Positions 28,671 through 45,544 of a stretch of 64,000 nucleotides of DNA are shown here, in pieces. The stretch is from the human T2T-CHM13v2.0 reference genome, Homo sapiens. Position numbers and translations under genes: made by a program. The notes beneath the pieces were generated by a model that was not told the DNA's origin, made no database searches, and saw nothing but the letters and a program-made list of their open reading frames with translations. The stretch lies in NCBI RefSeq assembly GCF_009914755.1, contig NC_060925.1; one strand, 5' to 3'. The stretch's first letter is position 1. Each line of letters opens with the position of its first letter.

Positions 28671-30599
28671 GAGCCAATTAATCCCATCGCTATCAGCTTT
28701 TGTTCTCTATATGGTCCGGTTCTCCCAGATGAAATTTTCAATATTTTGGATTCATTTCATGCATTTCACTGTCACTTTCCAAATAAGCCTGGGTCATGGA
28801 AGATTTCCCTAATGCAGGAAATGAATAGAATAAATGTGTACATAGATTGTATGCCGTGGTAATTAAATCATTAGTGCTGAACAGTGGTATTGAGACTGGA
28901 GCATGTTAACATATGTTTTTATTCATTAGAAGCAATAAGTAAAGATGAAACCTAGTAATTATAGACTGTGAATACAAAGGAGTTCTCTGGGTGGTCTATC
29001 ATAAGTCTTGAAGAAAGGAAAGCAAAAGGCAAACACCAGTATTTCTCCAGACTTCCTTAGCAAATATGATACTGGCATTCTGATACTCTGTGCTAATTTT
29101 AAGAATCAAACTGGTAGTATTTTTGTATGTGTAATGCCATTGTTTCAGGCATTCATTTTCAGTTTTGTTCACTTTTTTTTGTTCTCTCTTCAACTTCCCA
29201 TCCTTATCTTTCTCTGCCTCCCAAACCCTCCCCCTCACGACTCTGATATCCTCAGCCCAAGTGCTCACAGCCTCCCTCTACCATTCTCCTCCTCCAAGTT
29301 CTTTACCTCCTCCTGTCTTACCTTGTCCCACTCCACCAAATAATGCCAGATTCATGTGGTGAAATGTTTGTGTTACCAAATGTATTACATTTTTATTTCC
29401 ACTGTTTGTTTTTTTTAAAATCATATATTGTGAACATATTTGTTATAAAATATCAATATTACTGGTGGTATTTTAGTAATGCATTAAAAAATTGGGTGAT
29501 TTAAGATATACACCTCTATAGTGATGGAAATATTCTTGCCTCTATCCAGGGCATTCCTAAGTAATCAATAAATTAATATATTTAAAATAAAAGGAATTTG
29601 TTTGATACATCAGTTCCTTGTGGGTAAGTGGAAAATTTGTTATCAAACGACATACGTAAATGAGCAGTAAAGGAGCTCTGTTATATGTGGCATGGAAAAG
29701 CACTAGTAAGATATTCTCAGACTGCTCATAGACAAGAAAATCAAGAACAATATTTTCAATAGACATGAATAGGTGAGTTCAACGAACAACCTAAACCTAA
29801 CCTAATCTTAACCATCCTCAACCTAATCCCACCAAAGAGATGAGAGAATGTTTTTCTTTTAAGTCACTGAAATATGGCTTCCTCTTTACAGCTGGAAAGA
29901 CTATAACTATGTTTGCATATTCCAGTGGCTTCGAGGATCATCAGAGCTCAGGGCATGGAAAGACTGCAATGTAAACTCACTCATTCATTGCATAGGCAGT
30001 TTTCTTCTGGCCTCTTCAGTGACTTAACAAGTTCTGGCTCAATACAGTATAAATCACACATGACACCTCTTCTGAGACAGCAGTATCAGGTGTGAGTTGG
30101 GGTCCTCTAGTAGAGTTGTAAAGGGATCAGAAAGTTCTGAGCTGTGGGCCTGAACAGCTGGTTGGTGGTGGCAACAGCAGCTGTCATGAAGAAATGCCTT
30201 TCCCCCAATGTGCTTCCCTGGCTCTCCTGTCCCCTTTCTTGTCAATAGCCAGTCAACATGTATTGATTGTGCAGAGGCTAAGGGCTTATTCTTCTGTGCA
30301 TGCTTATCCATCTGCCCCTTTTCTTTTGGCTTACATTGTCTCTCCAGGGTTTTATTTTGTTTTTATAAACATCTTTCTATCTGCCTGCTTCTTCTCACCA
30401 TATGGCAATTCTGATATGTATTTTTTGTTGGGGGGAATGTGAGACAGAAGGAGAGGAGAAAGAGTCCCTAACAACACAAGATTTAGAATACTTATCATAA
30501 GAATGGATGGTTTAATAAATACTGCTTTCTTCAGCATGATTTTAATCAGATGACTACTAAACTTCTTTTCAAAAAAAAAGACTAATATTCATAAAAACA

Positions 30600-31960
30600 A
30601 ATGTTGTCTACAACCAATGTTTCTAACTCTTACCTGTCAACATTAGACAATTCAATCTGACTTCTTGCCTTCCTACTCCAATAAAACCATTTTTTCCAAG
30701 TCACAAATGACTTCCACATAAATCTAAAGAGCATTTTTCAATTCTCATCTTACTACACTCCTCAGCAGCATTCCAGACTCTTAATCATGCCTCTTTCTTG
30801 AAATATCACGTGGCTCTTATGACTTCATACTCTCCTAGATTTCCCCCTCTCTCTGTAACCACATCTCAAGCTCTTTCAACAGCTCCATTGTTTCATTTAA
30901 GCTGTAAACATTGGGATTGTCCAGAACTTTTCCCTCACTCATCTTATCATCTCTTCTCTACTTACTACTATCTGTACTTACTCTTCTCTACTTACTACTA
31001 CCTCATCCAACTTTGTGGCATTAAATACAATCTATTTGCTTACAGTTCCCAAAGTTCTATCTCTAACTAAGATTTCTCTTTTTGAGCACCAGACTTTATA
31101 TCTGACTGCCTTCTTGACTGCTCTACTTGGATTTAATCTGAATGAAGCTAAACTCTCAAAGAACCCCAACAACCTTTTCCTCACTCAGCCTGCTCATCTT
31201 GGGAACCCATCTCCTCACAGTTGTTCACATCAGAAATATAGGAGTCACTCTTGATTTATTTTCCTTCCATCAATTTCTAAATGAAATGCTTCTGTAGAAA
31301 ATTGCTTTTACCTTCCAACTACATCACTAATTCACTTTTTTTGTTTTTTAACATTTTTCCCTGTCACCGCTATAGTCTAAATACTGTCTTCTCCAGCATG
31401 GAATATTTCAGAAGTTTCCTAAGTCGTCTTTTCCATTCATGCCCTCCCAATTATTTTTTTTAATCTAGAAAGCATCTATAATGAGCAGTAAAATGTTAAA
31501 CCCTGAGGATGTCACTGTCTGGCTTATAATTCTTCAGAACCTTCCTACTGAACTTGTAATAAACTTCACTCTCCTAAACTTGCCTCCATGTTCCTCAGTG
31601 ATCCAGACCTGCCGATTTCTTTGTTTTTATCTTGTGGCCCACACTCACTCAGCCCCAGCAGACTCCCCTGGCTATTCTCCCCATATGCTGTTTCCTCCAT
31701 CTAGAAAGCTGTGCCCTCTATTCTTCATATCCAGGCTTCTTCTCATCCTCCAAGTGTCATCTTACATGTCAGTTTCCCAGAAGAACCTTCCTGACAATCC
31801 AATCTAAATTAGTTTGTCACTCACCTTTTTGTAGTCTCTATCATACTATTTTTCTTCATAGAGCCTATCACAGCTTGTGTTGTGTGTGTGTGTTTTAACA
31901 ACCACACATGTCTAGTTTAAACAATCATACAACTAGTGCCTAACAATTTACGTGGCAGCG
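30600..31960 (+). mobile_element. L2 relic
   Basis: ccaagtcacaaatgacttcc...ctcagcagcattc...caccagactttatatctgactgcc...ggagtcactcttgatt... Confidence 0.7.
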
Positions 31961-32559
31961 AAAATGCTGCAGTCCCCACCATCATAATCATTAAAGATAG
32001 ACTAGTGTTGTATTAACACGGATGATCTGTATACAGTATGGACAATAAGCATGCATAAGGTCACAGTAGAAGTTTGGATAACTGGTATCAGTCATAGGGT
32101 AGTTTGAGAATATAGTGAAAGCAAAGCAGAGAGGGAAAGTATAGAAGAAAAGGGAGGACTATGGTATGTGGGCAACCCTGGGGATCAAAGTGAAAATAAA
32201 GAAGATGCAGTAATTCACAGAAAATCAAACCCAAGGAATAAAAAACTAGATTCAGGCATGTTTTAATATACTGGAACATCTAGCCCAGTGTTTCAGGATG
32301 GATGTAAAACATCACTTCTGAAATAATGCCAACAATTCTGTTCAGTCTGTTTAATTAGCTTGTTAAATTCACGATATTCAGTTTAGATCATGGTAGATCT
32401 AAATTAGGGAATGCTCTGGAGGAAATACCATGAGTTGAAAAAAATCTCCTCTCTCCTGATAGGGATCTGCCTTAAGCTACTGAAGGTGCCAGGGCCCTGG
32501 AGGAATCCTCAATGTCTGTGGTAAATGTTTCGGTGGGCTAGGTAATACCCAATTCATAT

Positions 32560-33030
32560 AGCCAAGCAGTTTGAAGATTGAGCCCAGCTCAGGTGGTGGA
32601 CCCTACTTAGCCTAAACTTGTAATGGTCATCCCTCAAGATTTCACATTGAAGCCATGGAAATTGGCTAAAGGAGTAAGCATGTGACCTTATTTGGGCCAA
32701 TCAAATGAAAGTAAAAAATTTGGAGGGATTCTGGGAAATGTTTCCTTATTAGTAGTTGAGAAACACAGGAAGGTATAATATTCTTCCCTCAGACTTTGTT
32801 GCATGCAGATGTGAGGTCAGAGACTGGTTACCACTTTAGGATAAAACCAGCACTCAGAGGAAGGGAGAGCCAAGGGAATTTCAGGGGAAAGAGACTCATC
32901 ACCAGAAAGAGCAACCCTAAATCAGCCCTTCTTTAGACTCTCAGTTAGGAGGGCAGTGAATATTTTTGTAGGTTTAGCCAATTTAAGTTTGACGTTCTCC
33001 TATTTGCTATAGAAAGCATCTTAACTAATA
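32560..33030 (+). mobile_element. Old MaLR LTR relic (MLT1L/M-like)
   Basis: gcatgtgacc...gggccaatca...ttctgggaaatgtttcctt...gtttagccaatttaagttt...ttgctatagaaagcatcttaactaata. Confidence 0.5.
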
Positions 33031-33454
33031 AAATGTCCAAGAAATACATGTATGAGGAGGGAAAAAAAAAACACCAGGTAGGCTGTTTATAAAGGCAAAT
33101 TTTGGAAGGTGGCAGGATGATCTGTTATCTCCCCACACTCCAGCCTTTGGGTTACAGTGGGGAGAAAGCTGCTGATAGTTTCCTGACCTCACTGGTTCAA
33201 GCTGTAGCAGAACTAGAATGGGCCAGGTAGTGACTATATTTCTCTCATGTTTGCTGAACAAGGACACTTTATTACCCTAACTTTCAGTGGACATTTTTAA
33301 TTTTTCTAAAAGAAGAAAAAAATGCAAAAAAACCCACACATGTAAGTTTAACCACATTCAATAAGCATAGCACTTGTCATCAGATGATTGTAAGACATTG
33401 TAAAAATAATTCTAATGGCACTTATAATAACAACAACAATAGAAATATCAACAA

Positions 33455-33695
33455 TAATAGTAAACATTTAGATAGGCCTTACTATGTGCCGGACACCATT
33501 CTAAACACTCTCAATGTAATTAACTCCTTCAGTCTGCATATGAAGTAGGTATTACCAGTTTGTTAAAATTACTGATAAGGAAACCAAGACAGAGGAAGTT
33601 AAATGACTTGTCCACGGTCATACCTCCATTAAATGGAAGACCCTGTTTTCAAAATGACCATTGTATTCTAGAAGCTAGGGCTTTTAAGCACTAAC
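33455..33695 (-). mobile_element. MIR
   Basis: ttactatgtgccggacaccattctaaacact...gataaggaaaccaagacagaggaagttaaatgacttgtccacggtcatac. Confidence 0.8.
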
Positions 33696-35071
33696 CAAGA
33701 TTGTCAGTCATTGTGGGTATATAAATAGAAAGAGATGATGAAAAATTGATTTTGTGTTCAGGGAGCTCACAGTTTGGTGTGCTCTCTGTAAGCTCAGCCA
33801 GTAGTAAGAATACTTGCTTCCATTTTTAAATACAGTAGAGACAATGTCTATATTATGTTATATCATACATTCCACAATATTTTTGTGACTGTTGGCAATT
33901 TCTTATTGATTGCTTTGTCAATATAATTTTATATTTATGCCACCCAAAACCACTTCTCATTTTCAAACTACATTAAAATAATAAAGGACATAAACTGCAA
34001 TAAGCATTTCTAGGGGATTAAATATTTTCATCACTAATTTTACCCTATAAGAGCATGATACATGCTTCATTTAAAGTTTTAATTACCAACAAAATCTTAT
34101 GTTTTATTATTCCAGAGACATATGAAGCAGTTTTATCACATGAGCCTTAAGTATCCTCTAAGAATCAGCAAAAAAGAGATTGTTTCCTAGGTCTACATAA
34201 CTGATGGCTATATTATTATCCATAAAATCATTCAAGAAAACTTCATGTGTGGCAGTATGAGCATGTAGACTGTAAAATATCAAAAATGACTCTATTTCAT
34301 ATGCTAACAGGAATAGTCCATCATGCAGTTTAACCTGGGACATTAGATAGCTTTAAGTCTTTTAAGCCTAAGTGAAGAAAGGCATTGCATTAAAACTCCC
34401 CTCAAGCTTCTCTGCAGACACTTTGAACATACCATCCCTGTCATCTTGGAGAGTAGATGTAACTAGGTAACTTCCCCAGCTGCAGTAAACATTTATATAT
34501 GTTGGTCTTCTGCTCCCAGAGGCTTCCCAAGCTGCTCTGTCAAATCTGTTAATGTGGAAGAATCAAGCCAAGAAGAAAGACTGCAAAGAACTGAGTGCAA
34601 ATCAAAAATGAAGCAGAGAAGACAGGAGTAAGAACGAAAATGATTAAAGATCAATTGATCGTCATACATAGAAATGGAATTGTTCACATACAAGGACTTA
34701 GAAACAAAATTCTCCTTAAATGAGGAAAAATATACAAGTCATTTTGATAGGTCCTAGGAGAAGGGATTTTACATATTGATACTGCTTCTTTACAATACCA
34801 TGCTTCCTTCCAGTGGTTAATATAACAGAAGTGCATATCTTGAAAGCTCAAAGAAGTTCTTGGAAGTATAGGAACATTTAACGCTAAGTTGTGATTTGTG
34901 GCGAGTACATTTGAAAAATATTAATTGATATTAATTTATTTGAAAAGTCTTGGTTTGGCTTAACAGCCTCTCTGCACAATTAGCATATCCAGTTTCTCTT
35001 ACAAGGGAACAAACTTTGGAATCTTATCTGATTCCCCTCGTCTGACCCCTATACTCACCATCACTGGAAAC

Positions 35072-35385
<314 letters not shown>

Positions 35386-35772
35386 TAAGTCCTATTTGTT
35401 GCAGTAAGAGCTTGTGTGTCAGACACAGAAGCTATCATTTTTTATCCTATCACTGTTAACTATGTGATAGTGCATAGGTTTAATTTCAAGAAGCATCAGT
35501 TTTATTACTTAAAAAATGCCTACCTCTTTATTTTCAGAGTGTTCCAGAGTCCCTGAAATAAATAGGTGAGAGCACATGGACATTTGGTAAGCCCTCAAAA
35601 CACATTGTTATCATTTCTTCCTTCCCTCTTTTTCTTTTTTTCCCCAAATTCTGGAAACAATCCTGGATTTCATGTTTTAGAGTGGCAAACAGATGAAGAA
35701 AATGACATATTTTATAGTATTTTCCATTCAAGCATTGCAATTATTACTTTATATGTACTCTCATTTAATCAC

Positions 35773-36117
35773 TGATGTGGTCTCGCTGTGTCCCCACCCA
35801 AATTTCATCATTGTGGCTCCCATAATCCCTACGTGTCATGGGAGGGACCTGGTGGGAGGTAATTGAATCATAGGGGCGGGTTTATCCTGTGCTGCTCTTG
35901 TGACAGTGAAGAAGTCTCACAAGATCTGATGCTTTTATAAAGGGCAGTTCCCCTGCACATGCTCTCTTGCCTGCTGCCTTTGCTCCTCCTTTGCTTTCCA
36001 CCATGATTGTGAGGCCTCCCCAGCCAAGTGAACTATGAGTCCAGTAAACCTCTTTTTCTTTATAAATTATCCAGTCTTGAGTATTTCTTCATAGCAGTAT
36101 GAAAATGGACTAATACA
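35773..36117 (+). mobile_element. THE1 (THE1B/C-like) solo LTR inserted in a MIR
   Basis: TG...CA ends. gtgtccccacccaaat...gggagggacctggtgggaggtaattgaatcat...catgattgtgaggcctccccagcc...ggactaataca. Perfect 5-bp TSD ATCAC (35768-35772, 36118-36122). Confidence 0.95.
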
Positions 36118-37259
36118 ATCACTAAAATAGCCAGTAATGTAGTTATTGGTATCCCTATATTACATACCAGAAAGTGAGGTTCAAAACATTCTACTAACTT
36201 GTCCTAGACCATTTATTTATCTAAAAATATTTGCTGAGTGTTTGCCATGTTCTAATCATTAAGCAGGGGCCATAGACACAAAGATGACTTTACTAAGGTT
36301 TCTGTCCTCTACAAGATCTCACTGTGGTAAAGGACGGGGGAACAGACAGTATTAATACACTGTATTAGAGGCCAAGGCCAGAAGAGGCAAAGCCCTCTGA
36401 CTCATTTTGCTACACCAGCCTGACTCTTGTGTTCAATAATATTCTATCAATCTAACTCTTAGCTATTCATAGTGTAAGTGGGATCTTGCTTTTTCCCCTG
36501 GGACTCACCCCCTCTTCAGAGGTATATCTCTTTTTAGGGTAGTATATCTTCCCAGAGCACAATGCCACACCTTTACCTTCGCTACAACACATCACCTGGT
36601 TTCATCTTTTCCCCTAGATCCATCTACCCAATGTAAATATGCATCTAAAACTTTCTATGTATCAGGCTTTATGCGATGCTCTAAAGATAAAATATATACA
36701 TGAGAATAAGTTTTTAATTGCTGTGCTTGACAAGTTTAGAATATTAAAAGGGAAGACTGTCATTGAACAGATAAGAAGAGGAAAATATCATAGATACTGA
36801 AATAGAGGTATGTAAGAGATGAAGTCACACAGACAAATAAAAAAGCTAATCTGTATTATCTGCTTTGTGTTACAGTGAGTTAAGGAAAAAGACGAACGGT
36901 TTTGTTGTAATATGTTGTGATTGAGTTGATTGTGGTACATGCCAGGGTCCTGTTCAGGTGGATATTTAGACCTTGAACTCAGGGAAAACATCTTGCTTAG
37001 AGATATACTTTTTAGAATATATATTGGTGTCACTTAAAGCTATGAAAAGGTGGATTGCCCAGAAAAGTTGAGGAAGAACAGGACAAAGATGAGCAAGGAC
37101 AGAGAACAGGCCTTTGTGGGGGACACCCTCAACCACAATCAGAAGCTCGTCCACAGCCCCCAGTTTTGTAACAAAACCACATAACAGAAAAGGGTTGAAT
37201 GAAGTCTATTCATGATACTGTTAAGAAAATTCACTGAATTGAAAATTTTTATTGTTTTT

Positions 37260-40272
<3,013 letters not shown>

Positions 40273-40792
40273 AACCAATGAGAAAGAAAAACAGACAAAT
40301 GAAAAACTATGAATTCAAGACCTCAACTCATGTCTTAGCGCTCCATAAATGCTTTAGTTTATGAGTCAAATAGTGATATTTTAATCTCAAGATGGGATCT
40401 TCAAAAGCCTTATAAATATTATTAGCTGTATAGCTGTAACTGTTATCATTTTAGCACCTAACTCATACAATTAACCTTTTTTTCTTTCAAACCATCAGCA
40501 TATTAAAATACTATAGTGATTACTGATTGGTTTAATTCTATTCTCAATCTGTTTTGAGTAAATGTGCTAATCTTAAAAGAAAAAAATGATGCCTTGTATT
40601 TCTTATCTTTCAGTAATTAAAACAAATAATCTAATAGTTACATTTTTGCTTCATAATTTGTTTTTTTTTTTTAATTTGAAAACTTACCCCTAAGGGGAAA
40701 AAACATTCTTGCTTCAACCTTTTTACTAAGACCTAGCCTTCGAGAGAGAATTATAGGAAATAGGCCATTAGGTGTTTTGAAGATTGCTTAAT

Positions 40793-40970
40793 GCAGCAGT
40801 ACCCAGGGTCTTATGCTCAGATAGTAAGTACCCAGGGGTAGTATTATGGGGTGGGAGAAAGCATAGTTCATGGTAAAAATAGGTTTGGAATAGCCTTAAA
40901 TTAAACAGAGTACTGTAGGACTTCTCAGGGCCTTTAATGGGCTTGTGTTCATGTCAAATTCTTTAGAAAA
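40793..40970. mobile_element. hAT-Charlie MITE fragment (MER5C-like)
   Basis: ttaaacagagtactgtaggacttctcagggcctttaat resembles a recalled Charlie-family internal motif. Confidence 0.4.
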
Positions 40971-42233
40971 AAACTGGCTTAAAAGTACTGATCAAAAGAC
41001 CATAGAAGATAAAAGAAAAAAAAAAACATGGCAGAAACCAACTTGAGTGATGCAGTCAGATAAAATGAAAAGCAGAAATGAAATGAAAACCTTAGCCTGG
41101 GTGTGTAGCTAGAGAGAAAGAAGAAGGTGAAGGTCAATTTTACTGCATTACAAATAAAGCCTATGTCTGACTTTCAGGGAAATTGCTGTTGACTTTACCA
41201 AATGTCTCTTGGAGTCCACTTCCCCCTCTAAGTAGAGGGACCTAGTCTCTTTCCTGCCACTGCATCTCCAGTGCCTAGAACAGTGTCTGTCACAGAGAAA
41301 ATGCTAAAACATTATTTATCAAATACAGCAAATAATAAATAAGTGACAGTTAAAGCATAATAACTAAAATTATATAATTTGGAGACTTCAATGGCTGGCC
41401 CACTTGTACAAATGAAGACTTCCAGGTGTTTCCTAATCCTGTCTCTATCCTGAGGGATTATACCTAAGGGGTTTTCCACAGGAAAAGTTTGCACAGCCTT
41501 GGCAACCTGCCACTGCACATGAAGGCACAGTCAAGAGTGGTTATTTGTGAGAAAACAGTAAGATTTGAAAAGAGGTTGACTGTCCTTTGCACAGTATATT
41601 TTTTGCTCACTAAATAATGTTAATTTTAAGCTTAACCCTAAAGCTTGGATTTTTATATTGATATTGCCTCACATTTATAAAATAGTTTTCAGTTCTCTTC
41701 CAAATTTATTAGCTCTATCAGTCATGAATAAAATGACAAAATAGCCCATTGCATAAAGAGGGAAAAAAAGCAAATCATATGAATGATTTTCCCAAGGTCA
41801 CAGAATTATTTTACAGAAGACCCAAGATTAGAACCGAGGTCTTCCAACTTCTCTATTCATTGTAACACACAGAAGAGTGAACATTAATTCCATCTGGTTT
41901 GAGAAATCCCCTGACTTGCAGTGGAATGGAAACTTTTTTTAAAAAATAACCTCTATTTAAAAAGAAGTCTACATGACTAATTCTCTTAAAATAATAAAAC
42001 AATAATAAGACCACATAAAAGTCATCTAAAAAGCCGGGTGAAGAGAAGATCAAAGATGCTTATGTAACGACAAGATAGAAGACAAGCTTCAGAATTCAAA
42101 GCTTTTGTGAGCTCTAATCATTTTGCTTGCATTCATAAAATCTTAAACATTTTCTCTCTACTTTTTGATGTATAATATTCAATCAATTGTAATGGAATAT
42201 AAGTGGAGAGGGCTGGTAATGGCTCCTAAGCAT

Positions 42234-42244
42234 GAAAGTGAAAC
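42234..42244 (+). promoter_or_regulatory. ISRE/IRF-E consensus motif GAAAGTGAAAC (motif only, function unproven)
   Basis: Exact GAAANNGAAA match in apparently non-repetitive DNA next to a small CpG cluster. Confidence 0.35.
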
Positions 42245-43861
42245 CATGGCCCATGTGCAGCGCTGCCGCCCAGAGGGGAGAGGCAGCCTTTTCCTTCGTA
42301 TCCGGATCTTTTTAGAAAAGAGATATGGCCTGCGACTGACTGGTGCCACTTTTATTCCTTTTCTTATAAGTTAATTGAAATAGAAGGGCTTTGTTTTTTC
42401 CTCTTTTCCACTCTAAAGTCAAAGGCACTGACTAGGTTCACTGCTGGGCTATAGATGTGTATGTTCTTTTTCAATAGAATTGTACATTTCCTTATAAATA
42501 TATGTAATATATAATATATATGTAATAGATATTAAAAAGATGGGGGACCATTCTGTGACATCCTGGGCAATAGCATTTTCCCAGTTTATTGAGATTTTTG
42601 AATTGCAAGTGGGATTAAATCTTCATGACTGACTCACTTCTTATGCTACTGCACAAAAGTTGAGGGAGTTGACATTAAAACTCATGTGATTAAACAATTC
42701 ATAAGTCTTTTAAAACTGTACATTTTGACATGAAAAGAATGCAAAAATATTCACAAGCTACTTAGCTAGTGAATTATGAGCTTTTAACAGAAAAAGAAAA
42801 TAAAAGAAGGCTTTTTATTTTTTCAAAGAAGTGGTTGTATACAACCACTTTCTCAAGTTTTCTGGTATGTATTTATGAGATTAAATGTATAAAAGAATTA
42901 CCCATGTGTGGTGGTCTTCAAACAGTTAAATAACAAGCTCCTGTTGAGAAAACATCTTGTAGCAACAAAAGAGCTTTTAATTCCAAATTTAATAAATGGA
43001 GGGAGGGGAGCTTTTGATGGTAAGAAATGGAAAAGACAGAAGAAAGAACATTTGAGGGATGGTGGAGGGTAAACAAAATAGCACTCAGCCTAGAAGGTAT
43101 TCATTTTCTGTCCTTAATGTAAGGAAAACCATAAAAACACCTGCCATTGAAGATTCAGAAAATTTTCACAGAGAACATTGGGTTTTTATAAACAACAAAA
43201 AGAGTCACATCAAAATTTCCTTCCTTGAAACATTTATGTAACAGGAATTAGGAATACGAATCAAAATGGTTTTGTTGTGAATAGTTAAGGCAGAAAGTAT
43301 CTGCATTTTGTATTACTGAGAAGATCCTGTAGAGAGTATATCCCTTTTGTCACAAAGGAAAGATTGGTTCATCATGTGCCATCATGGGTTCCAGGACTAG
43401 GACATTTAAATAAAGGCACATGCAGAGCAAGGTTAGTGAACAAAGAGGACAAGAGCAGACATCCAGTCAGTTACCATGATGATAGAGGATGGTGATTGCC
43501 ACCAAAAGTCATAATGAATGTTTTGCATATCACTTATAATTTCATATATATGTGTGGTATTCCCTAGCCAATATTCAGCTTATCTTGGTTAATCTCTTTT
43601 TGTGTCTTTTTTAAAGCTCCTAATTGAAAATGTTTTTGTCAAGATTTGTTAAAGAAAAAAGTATTCTATGAAACATTATGTTTATTAAAGAAAAATACAT
43701 CCAGCCAACATTGTTATTTTCATCCTAGCCTGAGTGAAAAATCACATAAGCATATCACTTAGAGAATGATTTTTAAACAGTCTATTATTATTTGAATGAC
43801 TTCACTCCAATCCAAAGCACACTGGGAACTGTAAAATGTTACAGACGCTATTTCATCATAA

Positions 43862-44310
43862 AGGCAGTGTGTTATGGGGGAAATCATTCTTAGCTGTGTG
43901 GGAGAAGTCATGACTCCCGACCCAGCCACTCATTGACCAACTATGTCGCAATGGGAAAATCACTTTTAATCTGATACTTTTCTTACCTGTAAAAAAAGAG
44001 AAGAGAATTATTCTATATGCTGGGACTAAAGAGAATAATGAGTGAAATAATGCATATGACTATTATTATTTTTGTTATTATCAGCATAAATAAAACTCAT
44101 TTTATAGCACTTTGTATTCTACAAGTTACTTTCAATTACTTTATTCTATTTAATTCTCACAGCAACTCTCTGAAACAGGTTTTATGATCTCCATTTTTCA
44201 GATGAGGAAATGGAGTCAAAGAGGTCAGCACCTGTGTGATATGATCAGGAAAATAAAGTGCCAGGACTAAAATTCTGATTTTCAGATGCCCTACATCGTG
44301 ACCCACTACA
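43862..44310. mobile_element. Two adjacent MIR relics (+ at ~43862-44060, - at ~44090-44310)
   Basis: ggcagtgtg...cagccact...gggaaaatcactt...cttacctgtaaaa; then ttctcacagcaactctctga...ctccatttttcagatgaggaaatggag. Confidence 0.7.
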
Positions 44311-45544
44311 CCAAATCATTTCATTATAAATATTCTAGTTTCATACTACTTTACAGAGTCAACAAGGGACGTTAGGCGTTCCACATCTACCTGAATAATT
44401 CCAGCAATTGGGGTACCCTTTCCTCCTGAGGAAACCCATCTGTATGTCACTATTCTCATTTTTTAAAAGGTCTCCTTTCTCTTGATTCAAAATCCAACTC
44501 TTTGTAACTTCTGCTTATATTTTTCTATTTCTGTCTTCTAAGAATGTACAAAATAAATGAAATTCCTTTTCAACTGAATGACTTTTGAGTTACTCCAAAC
44601 TTTTATCTCCTTTCTGGAAACTAATCCTTTCTAAAATACTTAGAGGATACACTTTCTAGTCTCCTCATCACGATGATTTTTTTTTAACTCTGGAAATATA
44701 TTAGTTGTCAAAGGCATCTTTTTGTTGTGTCTAGTATAGTGCTTATAATATTGTGTTTGATTTTATGTTAATTTATCTATCTCTCCTATTAAATTATGTG
44801 CTTCTTCAAGGTGGAGAGGGGATCATAATATTTATTTTTTATTTGTTTCCCTGAGACCTAATATAAACCTTGGAACATAAAAAACCTTTAATATTGCATG
44901 TTAAATTAGTACACTAAAATATTAATTGAATTTAACCCTAAGCAGCATCCCCAAAATTGATACTTGATTATAGAAATTCAATTTATAGAGTGAAACAGGC
45001 CACAGTTCAACTTGATCATTTCTTTAGTCAAGGCTATGATGTAATAAAGGGCTCTTAATTTGCAGAAAGGAGGTAGACACTGTCCTCCAAAGCTAATGGT
45101 AGAATCTAAAAAGACTTCACAAGAGAAGTGACAGGCCGTTTTATCTGGAATTGGAAGAAAAATTATGCTTTTATGTAAAGCAAAAGCAGTAAGAGTTTAA
45201 TTCTACAAAATACATTGGGACTATATTATGTAAAGTTTTGGAAATTGGAAAAAAATGGCTAGGACTTTACCTGCTAGACAATAGTGACAAGCAAAAATTG
45301 CTAAGCAGAAAAGTTATGTGATAATATTAATGATTTCAAATATGTCCCTGAAGCTGACAAACCCATTCTAAATGTTTTTCAGCTTTCCCAAATCGAGATG
45401 ATGAGCACCTGAATAAGATTATTGACACTCTGAAAGGGGAGCAGAGGTGAAAGTCATGGACATGACAAAGAGGAGGGGGAAGTGGTGCTTTTGGGGTGCT
45501 ACATGAAGTTTAAGGACATGCACCAAATAATGGAAGGACTTTAC

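Noticed and set aside
34649-34660. 12-bp palindrome gatcaattgatc
   Set aside because: Arms of 6 bp are expected many times by chance in 64 kb.
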